A DNA stretch of 63,018 nt, the filler included, from Stramenopiles sp. TOSAG23-3 (lineage: Eukaryota), in assembly GCA_900128585.1 (NCBI GenBank). It is 13 parts of 13 records of this genome, joined end to end, with 100 filler letters (N's around TTAATTAATTAA, not from the genome) between each part and the next. Parts side by side here need not be neighbours in the genome. Positions count along the whole stretch, not along the records: positions 1 to 4,770 come from LT643709.1; positions 4,871 to 9,640 come from LT643710.1; 11 more parts are not named here. One strand, written 5' to 3'. The position numbers and the translations under genes were made by a program. Under the pieces are notes generated by a model that did not search any database, had not been told where the DNA came from, and saw only the letters and a program-made list of their open reading frames with translations. Position 1 is the stretch's first letter, and every line of letters begins with the position of its first letter. Shown in pieces: positions 1 to 9,740 of this stretch.

Positions 1-79
1 TAATAATATACTACTAATCTCGTCGGTGTATATATTTATGTCTCATACTAAATATTTTTAAATATTTCTCGTCATTCAT
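1..79 (+). repeat. 79-bp perfect inverted repeat at the left end of contig 1 (partner 4692-4770)
   Basis: 1-79 (TAATAATATACTACTAATCTCGTCGGTG...GTCATTCAT) is the exact reverse complement of 4692-4770. Confidence 0.95.
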
Positions 80-693
80 TTATTTCTTCTTCTTTTTTTA
101 AATTAATTTTGTGGTTGTTGTGTTGTTGTTTTTTTTTATTTTTATACTGGTTCGTTCGTTTTACAGTGATTTTATTCCAGGTTTTCTACCTGTAGTTACT
201 GGTATTCTAAAGTATTAATTCCTATTATTTTTAATTGGTTCTCTCGTACGGTGTAGTACGAAAAAGAAAGGAAGAAGAAGAAGGAAAAGAAAGAAGAAGG
301 CAGGACAATAACTATAAAAAAAAAATGTAAATATAAAATATAAAATAATAATAATAAATAGACGACGACTAGAAGACTAATACTTGTTGGTAAAATAATA
401 ATAAATAATAATAAAAAAAAAAAGAAGAAAGAAAAAAAAATATTATTAGGAGGGACGAACACAACAATTTACGATATCAAAAGAAGAATGAATTGCAACA
501 TCTAGTGAATGAAAGGTTTTGAACAAAATCTCATCCTATGCTAATTGATTTCGTTATAAACAGTTCAAGACACTTTCACGTCTTTTCAGGCATCGTATTT
601 TGTATATTGTGTGTGTAAGTTTCCGCACCTTTCCCACCCCGTTCGTTTGTGGAGCGTGCTACCGAGAGTACAGTATTTTTTTTTAACGGAGCA

Positions 694-849
694 ATGGAGT
701 TTGTGAACAGACAGTACTATCGGTACAATTTGTGGACTGGTTTATATATGTTGGATTGGTGGGAACGGCTCACGTTTAATGTGGCCGCGTTCGGGGTGAC
801 TGCTGCAGCAGGTTATTATAGTTATAATTTCATTGTAAGCCAGCTCTAA
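694..849 (+). CDS. SPTSS: Serine palmitoyltransferase small regulatory subunit (ssSPT/SPTSS family), 51 aa
   Basis: MEFVNRQYYRYNLWTGLYMLDWWERLTFN contains the GLYMLDWWER motif of plant-type ssSPT, followed by one TM helix. ATG at 694. Confidence 0.85.
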   Translation: MEFVNRQYYRYNLWTGLYMLDWWERLTFNVAAFGVTAAAGYYSYNFIVSQL

Positions 850-1009
850 GCTTAGTTTCTAGAAGGGCCGGAGAAGTGCGCGCCGCATTCGTTTGTGCAG
901 AAACTAGCATGCGAGGGCCTCGGCGTGCACAGAGAGGGCGGGAGGGAGGCATTAGCGTTCAACTACCATATATAATGTATTGTATTATACAGTCTACTCT
1001 ACGTACCCA

Positions 1010-3385
1010 TCACCTCCATATGGGCTTATTTCCACTGAACCCAATTTCCATTTGCATCTGCCTCATCTGCGCCCTTCGTCGCACCTCTTCGGCACCCGCC
1101 GAGCTTGGCCTCCGACGAAGCTGTCGGATTGCACCAACCGTTCCACCGGTGAAGACCTGTCGATTTGCCGCCATAGACGACAATGATTTCAACGAAGACG
1201 ACAGATTCATGGAACCTTGCCCTCCGCGACTGCCGCGTTTTTGCCGTGTCGCAACATTTGGGGTCCCGGCCCTCTTCTGGCGCTGGGGCACGAGCGACTG
1301 CAGCCGGCCTTGCGAGTAATTGAAACCGTCGTAGTCCATGCGACTTGCACTTTTGCGAATGGGCGCAGATCCTGGCCGGCGCTGGGGCTTCTTTCGGGTC
1401 GGGGTTTGCCGTTTCCCCAGCTTCAGCTTGTTAAACTGCAGCCCGGAGGAGGACACGCGGGGACCCGGCGACGGGGCTCGGCGCCGACCCCCGTCGCCTC
1501 CTCCTTTGCGCCTCTGGGACGATTTTCTCCCGAGGCTATCCCGGTCACGGCTGGGCGGCCGTCTCGTGCGCTCGTGGCCGCCGTACGACCCTTGCACCTG
1601 TTGCATCGCGCTTCTCCTCGCACCGCCGTCACTGCTACCACGGTCTGCCCGCCGCACCCTTTGCCGGGACATCCCTACGACGCCCTTCTGGCGCGTTTCC
1701 CGCCCGCTGTTTGTGCGGTAGCCTCCTATGGAGAGGTTGTTGGACCCTTTCCTTTCAGAAGACCGAGAGAGGCTGGACGAGGCTTTCTTGCCCTTGCCCT
1801 GCCGTCGGAGCCGCGGCACGGCGTCTGGTTTGCGGCGACTTTTCGCCGTCCTGCTTTCGTAGTTCATCCCCGCGCTGCGATTCAAGCCGAGCAAAATGTT
1901 CATGTCCTCGTCAGAACTGTCTTCGTCCGTGTAAATCAGCGAGGAGAGGGACCCATCTACAAGTTGTCTAGTCTGACGCGAGGGCTGCGGGGGGTTCCTG
2001 GCCGTGCGGCCTTGCCTGGGATCAACGTCTACCCGTCGCTTCGAGGTCCCGGTATGGTCTACGGGCGCGCTGTTTTGCCTGTTTCGCGACGGGTCGGGCC
2101 GCGATGACGAGGTCGCCAGCGTTCTCCTTTTTCCGGCTGGGCCCCCATCATATTTCTCGTCGACCTTGTCCTCTTGGTACCACTGTGCCGGGCTGCCCAT
2201 TTCCATCTCCCCGCTTTTTGCTCCCGCGATAGAGGACGGCGCTTCCAGTTCCACGGACGCCGCGCTCTCTTTTGTCCTGTCGGAGCGCCACTTCAACGCT
2301 TCCTCTACGCTCACCGCGCTGTCTCCCGCTTCTATCTGGCTTTCCGAAAACTTCGAGGGCTCCGTGGAAATTGTGGACGACATCTTTTCCAACTCTCTAC
2401 CAGGCTTGTCCTGAAAGCCCACGGCCCTGCCGCCACAACCATCTCCGTTCGAGGCCGCGGTGGGGGGCGCCTTCCCTCTGGGGGCACCGGCCGACTTTAA
2501 CTTGACTTTCAAAATACTCCGTGGGGCGTCCACCGACGAACCGCTCTCTCCTCGCGGGCGCGCCCCGCCGCTGTTGCGCCCCGCGTGAAACGTGTCCCCG
2601 CCCTGGTAGGTATCGACCCATTCCTCGCCGGGGTTAATGTCCGAGTATGAAAGGCCAGGGGGGCGCTCCGTGGTCGGCCTGCCTGTAAAGGGGCTCTTCG
2701 GCGCGGTCGCCTTTTTGTTCTCGTCGATCCAGGACAGCCGCCTTCGCCTGCGCCGTCGCCTGGCGCTTCCGGGCCGTCGGTTTCTGCGCATGGCCATCTC
2801 GAGCGCTTGCGGGTCCGCAGGCCTACTATTTAAATACGTATTGATCAAAAGTTCTTCGTCGCTGGCGTCTTTAGTCGCGTCCCCCGGTGGGAGCACGTCC
2901 CACGCGACGGAGTTCAGCCGCCCGGTCATCGTCTCGTCTGAGCGAAACTTGTACAGCAAGCGGCCGTTCACTTCCTCCAACTGCTTCATGACATTCGGCA
3001 ACGGTCGGAGGTCCGGCCGCTGGTTCTGCAGGAACAGGAGCGTTTTCTGCATGCCCCAGATGTATTTGTGCATGAAAAACATTGCAGTGACGGCGCAGGC
3101 CCTCGAGCACCCATCGATACTGTGAATAAGGACACTTTCTGCTTCGGCGAGCGCGTTGTCTATGAACCCGAGGACACGGGCGACGTTCTTTGGACTCAGG
3201 TCACATTCATCCGAATCCTTCCAGTAAAATGGCAAGTACCGAACCCCCAGCCGTTCCCAACTGCAGGGGACGGAGGCCGCGGCGCAGTTGATGACCCTTG
3301 TAATTTTGTTGGACACTAGAAAATCTATATCTTGGGAAGCCTCCGCGTCGCCTATGAACACGCCGTCCTTCAATTTCGTAGCCAT
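1010..3385 (-). CDS. Dual-specificity phosphatase-fold protein, probably a pseudophosphatase, with a long disordered basic C-terminus
   Basis: N-terminal DSP domain (GVFIGDAEASQD, ITRVINCA, RPDLRP). The signature reads VLIHSIDGCSRA instead of HCxxGxSRS. Confidence 0.85.
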   Translation of the reverse strand: MATKLKDGVFIGDAEASQDIDFLVSNKITRVINCAAASVPCSWERLGVRYLPFYWKDSDECDLSPKNVARVLGFIDNALAEAESVLIHSIDGCSRACAVTAMFFMHKYIWGMQKTLLFLQNQRPDLRPLPNVMKQLEEVNGRLLYKFRSDETMTGRLNSVAWDVLPPGDATKDASDEELLINTYLNSRPADPQALEMAMRRNRRPGSARRRRRRRRLSWIDENKKATAPKSPFTGRPTTERPPGLSYSDINPGEEWVDTYQGGDTFHAGRNSGGARPRGESGSSVDAPRSILKVKLKSAGAPRGKAPPTAASNGDGCGGRAVGFQDKPGRELEKMSSTISTEPSKFSESQIEAGDSAVSVEEALKWRSDRTKESAASVELEAPSSIAGAKSGEMEMGSPAQWYQEDKVDEKYDGGPAGKRRTLATSSSRPDPSRNRQNSAPVDHTGTSKRRVDVDPRQGRTARNPPQPSRQTRQLVDGSLSSLIYTDEDSSDEDMNILLGLNRSAGMNYESRTAKSRRKPDAVPRLRRQGKGKKASSSLSRSSERKGSNNLSIGGYRTNSGRETRQKGVVGMSRQRVRRADRGSSDGGARRSAMQQVQGSYGGHERTRRPPSRDRDSLGRKSSQRRKGGGDGGRRRAPSPGPRVSSSGLQFNKLKLGKRQTPTRKKPQRRPGSAPIRKSASRMDYDGFNYSQGRLQSLVPQRQKRAGTPNVATRQKRGSRGGQGSMNLSSSLKSLSSMAANRQVFTGGTVGAIRQLRRRPSSAGAEEVRRRAQMRQMQMEIGFSGNKPIWR

Positions 3386-4691
3386 CGTTGGTGCCCTTCA
3401 CGCCCGGACAGAAGAAGACGTTGGTGGGAGGGAGGGAAGGAAGGCACACCGGCAGGTGGGACGTACGAACGAATGGTCGGTTCAAATTTTAAACGTGAAC
3501 CGATACACGAGCCCCAGCAATACAACCAACGGCACGATTCCAAAGAAGGCAGGCAGCTTCCTTCTACTACTTAGAAAAAATACTCAATAATTTATCCGAA
3601 CGAACCGATTTACAATAATAGAATTTTCACACCGGCTGTCGTCCTCCTTCAGTACGCCTTTCGTCTGCCAGTCAGTCGCACACACACACACACAGTAAGA
3701 GAGAGAGAGGAAGATGGTATTCACAAACACACACTGACACAACTCCACTTCTCTGACCACGGTAAAGAAACAATTGCACAAGTACATATAAACCTTTCTG
3801 TACATTTATTTCTTTGGATTGAATAATTGTAAACTGTATATCATCAGAAGTCTAAGAATGTCATTTATTCCGTTATTATTAAAAAATCTTCCTTCTTTCT
3901 TCTTCCTCCTCCTTCCTCCTTCCTCCTTCTTCTTTTCGAATTAAAGAATAATAATCATCTATTATTATTATTTTTTTTTCTTCCTTTTTTCATCATGATC
4001 ATCATTTTTTATCTATTTCTTCTCTCTCTCTTCTTCTCTTTGAAAAGTAATAAGTGTTAGTCCTATTCTCATTATCCCTATCTTATTTATATATTATTAT
4101 AATTATACCTTGGTATCTCAATAATAAAACACATAAATTTATTTAAAATTAGATAGTCTAAAATACCTATTGGTTGAAGAATAATCGATACGTTTAAAGA
4201 ACATTCAATAGCATCCAGTACGAAGTAAATTAATGAAATTGTTCATTTTTTTTGTCATTTTCATTTTTTTGATGTTGGTTGTGCATTTTGACTTTGTACA
4301 TAAAGGAATAACAAAGGAATCGCAAATGGATGCTAGGAAAAAATAATAATTGCAATAGGAATAGCATTACGTTTTCTTTTTTATAATTAAGGTATATTCT
4401 TCTAAAGTTCTAAATGATGGTAGTAATTTGGTTACCATCATCACACCATTCCATTATTTTTTTCCTTCACTTTATTTCTATTTAAATTGTAATCTACAAT
4501 AGGATTACAACTGAAATGATTTGAATTTTCCAACAAAAAGGGAGGTCAAACTATCTTATAATTATACCTATGCTGGGTACATTCTAAATTTAAAACCACC
4601 CGTTTATTGTATTGTTTGTTCCTATTAGCTGTATGTAGTATTAATTAGTTGAAGATTATTAAGATAGAAGATAGAATTACCATTTCCGGTG

Positions 4692-4770
4692 ATGAATGAC
4701 GAGAAATATTTAAAAATATTTAGTATGAGACATAAATATATACACCGACGAGATTAGTAGTATATTATTA
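4692..4770 (-). repeat. 79-bp perfect inverted repeat at the right end of contig 1 (partner 1-79)
   Basis: Exact reverse complement of 1-79. Confidence 0.95.
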
Positions 4771-4870
4771 NNNNNNNNNNNNNNNNNNNNNNNNNNNNNN
4801 NNNNNNNNNNNNNNTTAATTAATTAANNNNNNNNNNNNNNNNNNNNNNNNNNNNNNNNNNNNNNNNNNNN
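4771..4870. other. Artificial contig linker N44-TTAATTAATTAA-N44. Identical linkers at 9641-9740, 14509-14608, 19369-19468, 24227-24326, 29084-29183, 33935-34034, 38785-38884, 43635-43734, 48485-48584, 53335-53434 and 58182-58281
   Basis: Identical 100-nt spacer with stops in all six frames. The flanking contigs decrease in length from 4770 to 4737 bp, so they are size-sorted rather than genomic neighbours. Confidence 0.98.
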
Positions 4871-5418
4871 ATCAAAAAATAATCAAAAAATAAAAAATAA
4901 AAAAAAAATAAAAAAATTCATCTGCTCGTAAACAACTGTTTCTACTGTAATAATAATAATAAAGTAATGTAATAACCCTCCCTCCCCCTTGCTGTGTCAC
5001 AATACTTATTATTATAGCACTCACTTTCTTCACGGGAAGTTAGTCAGCGCTCTGTACCTGTATTTTTTCGCCTTGCCTTGACAAAAGTACAGGCTATTTT
5101 CAATTGAATACATTGCTTCTTATTAAATAACTTACCAAGGGTACAACACAACCAAGCAAGACGAAAAAATAATACCAACGTGAAGAACATTCAAAAAATA
5201 ATAACAAAAGGAACCTCTTGGCTTTTGATGAATAATTGCCAATAATACACATCACAACGAACATGCAGGAACTGGTATGTATTTTGTTTTTTTGCAAAGA
5301 GTTTGGATAGTTTGATGTATGGGCTTATTAATAAACACTCATAGGTATCACAACCGTTGTTTTACTTTCCGCCACACTTTGTTTTGATGCGTTTGAAAAG
5401 GCGCAAATAAGAAAAACA

Positions 5419-6609
5419 ATGGCAACGTCGTTGCTTTCTGAAAAAATTTACGAGAGCGATATAGATGGGTTGAAAATCCTGCTGGCAGAGAATGCGGACA
5501 GCGTGAACAAAAAGACTGTCGGAGGTGAAGAAACGCTCGCGCACGTTGCTTGTAAGATGGGAAACTGCGATGCCCTGAAGCTGTTGGTCGAAGCGGGGGC
5601 AGACTTGGTGGCGGAAGATTCGAGGGGCCGTTTTGCGTTGGCTGTGGCAATAGAAAAGAAACACTTTGCTTGCGTCGATTACTTGCTGTCTCACTTAGAG
5701 AAGAACAAGCCGAAGTGGATCGGGAACCTTTTGTCCACGGCAGACCGCCAAGGAAGCAAACCGATACACTTTGCTTGTAGGGACGCCGATATCCTTGCCC
5801 GCGTGCTGAACGCCTCCAGCGATCCTTTGGCGCGCTTGGGCCTCGGGGAAGTCCAACAGTCTACGGGGTTGTACCCCATTCACCTGAGCTCCCTGTGCGG
5901 CAACGCCCAGTGCTGCTCGCTGTTGTTGAAGTACGGCATCGATGCTAACGTAAAGAACAAAACGGGCGAATCCGCTGTCATTTTGGCGGCCAAAGAGGGT
6001 TACACCGAGGTGGTGAAGGTTTTAGCGCAACACGGGGCAGACTTGACGGCGGCAAACGGTGACATGGACACCGCCCTGCACTTTGCTTGCATGCTAGGCC
6101 ATGACGATCTTGCAGACTTTTTGATCGGTCAGAACGGTGTCAACATAGCGGCGAAAAACAGCGAGGGAAAAACTGCCTTAGATTATCGAAACGTGGACGC
6201 CCCCCCTGCTTTGGGCCCCACTGTCGGACCCAACGACGAAGAAGAAGATTCCCTTGTTAGTGTAGTCCGTGGTTTGAATTTAGTAGAAAATGTAGTCAGA
6301 GTGGATGCCCCCCCACCGGCCACGATGGAGGCCGGTCTTAAGATCACCCCAAAAGCCTACTTAGAGAAGCACGTTTTGCCTGATCTGCAGCCGGCCCTGG
6401 TTGCATTGCTCAAAAGGCACGAAAAGAATGAGAAGAAGAGGTCAGGGGGGTACGAGCCGGTGCCCGTGGACCCATGCCATTGGATTGCATCGTACTTGCT
6501 GCGTCATAAGCAGGCGCCCTTGGAACCCTCGACGCCTCGAACGTTTGTAACGGATGGTTTGCTGCCACCTGTAGCCGACGAGGGCAGCGTGGGTTCAAAA
6601 AATGTTTGA
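5419..6609 (+). CDS. Ankyrin-repeat protein with a C-terminal Dpy-30/RIIa-like dimerisation motif
   Basis: Repeated ankyrin motifs (ETLAHVAC, GESAVILAAKEG, DTALHFACMLGH). C-terminal YLEKHVLPDLQPALVALL...DPCHWIASYLLRH. Confidence 0.85.
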   Translation: MATSLLSEKIYESDIDGLKILLAENADSVNKKTVGGEETLAHVACKMGNCDALKLLVEAGADLVAEDSRGRFALAVAIEKKHFACVDYLLSHLEKNKPKWIGNLLSTADRQGSKPIHFACRDADILARVLNASSDPLARLGLGEVQQSTGLYPIHLSSLCGNAQCCSLLLKYGIDANVKNKTGESAVILAAKEGYTEVVKVLAQHGADLTAANGDMDTALHFACMLGHDDLADFLIGQNGVNIAAKNSEGKTALDYRNVDAPPALGPTVGPNDEEEDSLVSVVRGLNLVENVVRVDAPPPATMEAGLKITPKAYLEKHVLPDLQPALVALLKRHEKNEKKRSGGYEPVPVDPCHWIASYLLRHKQAPLEPSTPRTFVTDGLLPPVADEGSVGSKNV

Positions 6610-6858
6610 GTGAGATAGTGCGCGGAGGCAGCTAGATGTACAACGAGAAAGTGAGAAGTACAGTACCGTTAATATAAGAATTACGATCTTACACAAGGAA
6701 GGATTCTTAACGAAGTAAAGTAAGCGTGCACAGCACGCAGACTACAAATATCGGGTAACACACACACGCTATGTTATCTTACCATTAAGTTACTCTCGTA
6801 TTTGTAATTCTTATACTCTCTTTACAGTCTTTAACTTTGCCACAGTTGCTCCTGTACT

Positions 6859-8679
6859 CTAGTCCGTGGGGCCGTCGCCCGCCGCCCAAGTGTGCAGCGA
6901 GTTCAATTTACCGTCCCCCCACGGTTCACCAGTGTCTTCGACACTCCCTTGCTCAGGAACCCCATTTGCAAACAAATTGTTCATCGTCTGGCCTGGGGCA
7001 GGGTCCATCAGTGGGGGGAGTTCTGTCGGCCCGCTAATTGTATTTGGGCGCTTTCTGCCCCCTTTGTTTCCAAGGCCAGGGACCGACGCGGACCTATGTA
7101 TGCCGTTATCTAAAGTTTGGGGGGAATCCATTCCCAGCGATTTCAAGGTTTGGTCCGAGCCCGCAACCATCATCCATTTCACCCGGAGTTTGTTGGCTTC
7201 CGCTTGAATCTTGCGAACTTCCTTCTGCGACTGATTTCGAGTCCAATCTAGTTTGTTTCGAAGTTCTATGTACTTTTCGTCCATCAGCCGAAGTTGATCC
7301 TCTAAAATTCTACACCCTTCGCGCAACTCGCGGATGACCTTCTCCCTGGAGCGGTTCTTGTTTATCAGTGCCTCGTTCCGTTGCTGGAACAGGTTCAATT
7401 CCTTCGTGGTGCGGCGGTTTGCGGCGGACGCCCGGGCCTTGGCCGCTGCCTCGTGTTTCAAGTGCACCATGAGCTTCTCGATGTGCTCCGACAGGGCCTT
7501 TACCCTGTCGTTGCTTCGCCTGATTTCTTCCCTCGCCTCCTCGGTTTTCTCTTTCTGCCTCGTGTACCGGTTCGTCAGGTCGTGGCTCTTTTCCTTCAGC
7601 TGGATCACCGTGTCCATGGCCGCCAGGCCTTGCTCGTTGATGTCCTTTTGCGCTTGCAGGTCTTTCTGCAGCTGCCGGATCGTCGACCTCATGTTTTTCA
7701 TCTCGCTCTCTACCGTTCTAATACTATCAAGGGTCCAGCTCTCTGCGCCTTGCATGGTCTTGCTCAGTTTGTCACCGCCGTCGCTCTTTTCACCCGCATC
7801 CGACGCGATCGTGCTGCTCATGGAGCCGGAGGTCATCTTCATGGACGCGTCCCCCGCGTTCGAGCCACGGGCAAGGGCCTGGCCAAGCAAGCGCACCAAT
7901 TCCGGGATCGGGATGTGCTCGTAGGCCTTTACCTTTGCCCCTGATCCCGCTATCTCTCGGATCAGCATGGAGCGCACGTTTTTCACCTCCTCCCTCGCTT
8001 TGGTGGACTCGTCCTTGTACTTCTGCAGCTCGTCGAAGAGCTTGAAGTTCTTCTCGGCCTGCAGGACCAGCTCTTGGCTGCTTTTGAAGGCGCTCTTCTC
8101 CGCCTCTCGAAGCTTTTGCCCCAACACCCGCGTGTTGTTCATTTCTTCAATTTCTCGCACCTTATCGTCCCACTCCTCTGTCAACGCTAGGGCATGCTTT
8201 CGGTGCTCGTCCGCCTCCGCTTTCGCCTCGGCCAACTGCCTGGTCAACGCTTCGAGCTGCGCCTTGTCCGCGCTGCTGCTGGCGCCCCCTCCCGCGGACT
8301 TGGACTCCACCTTGGACGCCGCCCCGTCCTCCGCGACCTCTCCCGCCTGGTTCTGCAGCTTGTCCGCGCGCGCCCTCTGCTCTTCCAACTCTTGTTTTAA
8401 CACTTTGACCTCTTCCATGCTTTTGTCAAGGATCTCTATTGATTTGCCTTTCAGGTCGTCAATTTCGCCCTGGAGCTTTTCTACTTCGCCCTCGTGCACG
8501 GCCTGTATGTTTCCGTTCTCCCCCTTCAACTTGTCGTGCTCGCCTCGGACCGCCGTCAGCGTGGCCTTGGTCGCACCGTGCGCATTTTTTTCCTTTTCAT
8601 GGCTCTCACTCAGCACTTTATTTTCAGCCTCAAGCTGTTTCAAGCGCTCCTGCAAGGCTTTCTTAGAACCACCGAACAT
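6859..8679 (-). CDS. Long coiled-coil protein of unknown function
   Basis: 606-aa ORF dominated by E/K/L/Q heptads, GC-rich coding composition, ATG start. Confidence 0.8.
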   Translation of the reverse strand: MFGGSKKALQERLKQLEAENKVLSESHEKEKNAHGATKATLTAVRGEHDKLKGENGNIQAVHEGEVEKLQGEIDDLKGKSIEILDKSMEEVKVLKQELEEQRARADKLQNQAGEVAEDGAASKVESKSAGGGASSSADKAQLEALTRQLAEAKAEADEHRKHALALTEEWDDKVREIEEMNNTRVLGQKLREAEKSAFKSSQELVLQAEKNFKLFDELQKYKDESTKAREEVKNVRSMLIREIAGSGAKVKAYEHIPIPELVRLLGQALARGSNAGDASMKMTSGSMSSTIASDAGEKSDGGDKLSKTMQGAESWTLDSIRTVESEMKNMRSTIRQLQKDLQAQKDINEQGLAAMDTVIQLKEKSHDLTNRYTRQKEKTEEAREEIRRSNDRVKALSEHIEKLMVHLKHEAAAKARASAANRRTTKELNLFQQRNEALINKNRSREKVIRELREGCRILEDQLRLMDEKYIELRNKLDWTRNQSQKEVRKIQAEANKLRVKWMMVAGSDQTLKSLGMDSPQTLDNGIHRSASVPGLGNKGGRKRPNTISGPTELPPLMDPAPGQTMNNLFANGVPEQGSVEDTGEPWGDGKLNSLHTWAAGDGPTD

Positions 8680-9740
8680 TGTTTCCGCCTGACTTTAGCC
8701 CAGAGAAAAAAAGGGAAATTGGGGTGGAGAGAGATCGAGACGGACTGGGTTTGAGTGAGAGAGAGAGGCAACCGAATATATACGCGGTACGCTCAACAAC
8801 AAACACTCGTGTGTATGTTATGTATATCGAATAATCAACTGATCGTTAGTTTATGCTTCGTGACCATATTTTAACTTACTTCTTTTTCTCCTTCGTACCC
8901 ATCATTCATTCATACTTACTTATCTATTAGAAACGTTTTTCGTTCGCACCGACGCGGCGGTGGTGTGAGATTTTATTTTTTATTTTATTAATAAACTCTA
9001 ACATAGTCAGAGGGAGGAGGACGAGGAGGAGCTAAAATAGAAAACTGGACGGAAGAAGAAGGAAAAAAAACATAATAATAATAATATTTTTTGATACTTT
9101 CTATTCCCATATTATTTAATAATAATAATACCAGATAATAAGAGGATAAATACAGTACGAAGAAGAAAAAATTAGAAAAAAAAACGGGCAAATAATAAAT
9201 AATAAGAATACGTTTATTTGATACTAATACAAATAGGAATACAATGAAGACAATAATTATAATTTAAATACATTATATAGTGTACATTGTGTATAATATT
9301 AAATTATAAGTAAGATAAGTAATACACCTATTTATCACATTATCGATGGAGGAAAACCCTAATACTAAATCTATTATATTATAAGCACAATCCATCCCAA
9401 TTTTATATATTTTTTAATTAATATAGGAAGATATCTGTACTTTTAAAGTAGAATAGATTACAAAAACAGCCTTTTCTTTTTTTTCTTTTTACCTTGGAGC
9501 CCAAAAGCAAGGTCGACTAATTATTTTATAATTATTCCTTTTTTCGTTGTCCTTCGTATTAATTAATTTTAATTAATTTTAATATTTGAAGGAAGAATAA
9601 AAGGGAGTAATAGGGCTGAAAAAGAGGGGGGGGGGGGGGGNNNNNNNNNNNNNNNNNNNNNNNNNNNNNNNNNNNNNNNNNNNNTTAATTAATTAANNNN
9701 NNNNNNNNNNNNNNNNNNNNNNNNNNNNNNNNNNNNNNNN

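Noticed and set aside
196-462. Hydrophobic F/L/I-rich short ORFs in AT-rich spacers (also 8988-9191, 34627-34875, 52400-52763)
   Set aside because: Low-complexity poly-A/T intergenic sequence read as protein
615-673. Possible 5'-UTR intron (GTAAGT...TACAG) before ssSPT
   Set aside because: No clear branch point and no coding constraint to test it against
4815-4826. TTAATTAATTAA palindrome recurring every ~4.85 kb
   Set aside because: Synthetic six-frame-stop linker inside N runs. Not biological, and gene neighbourhoods across it are meaningless
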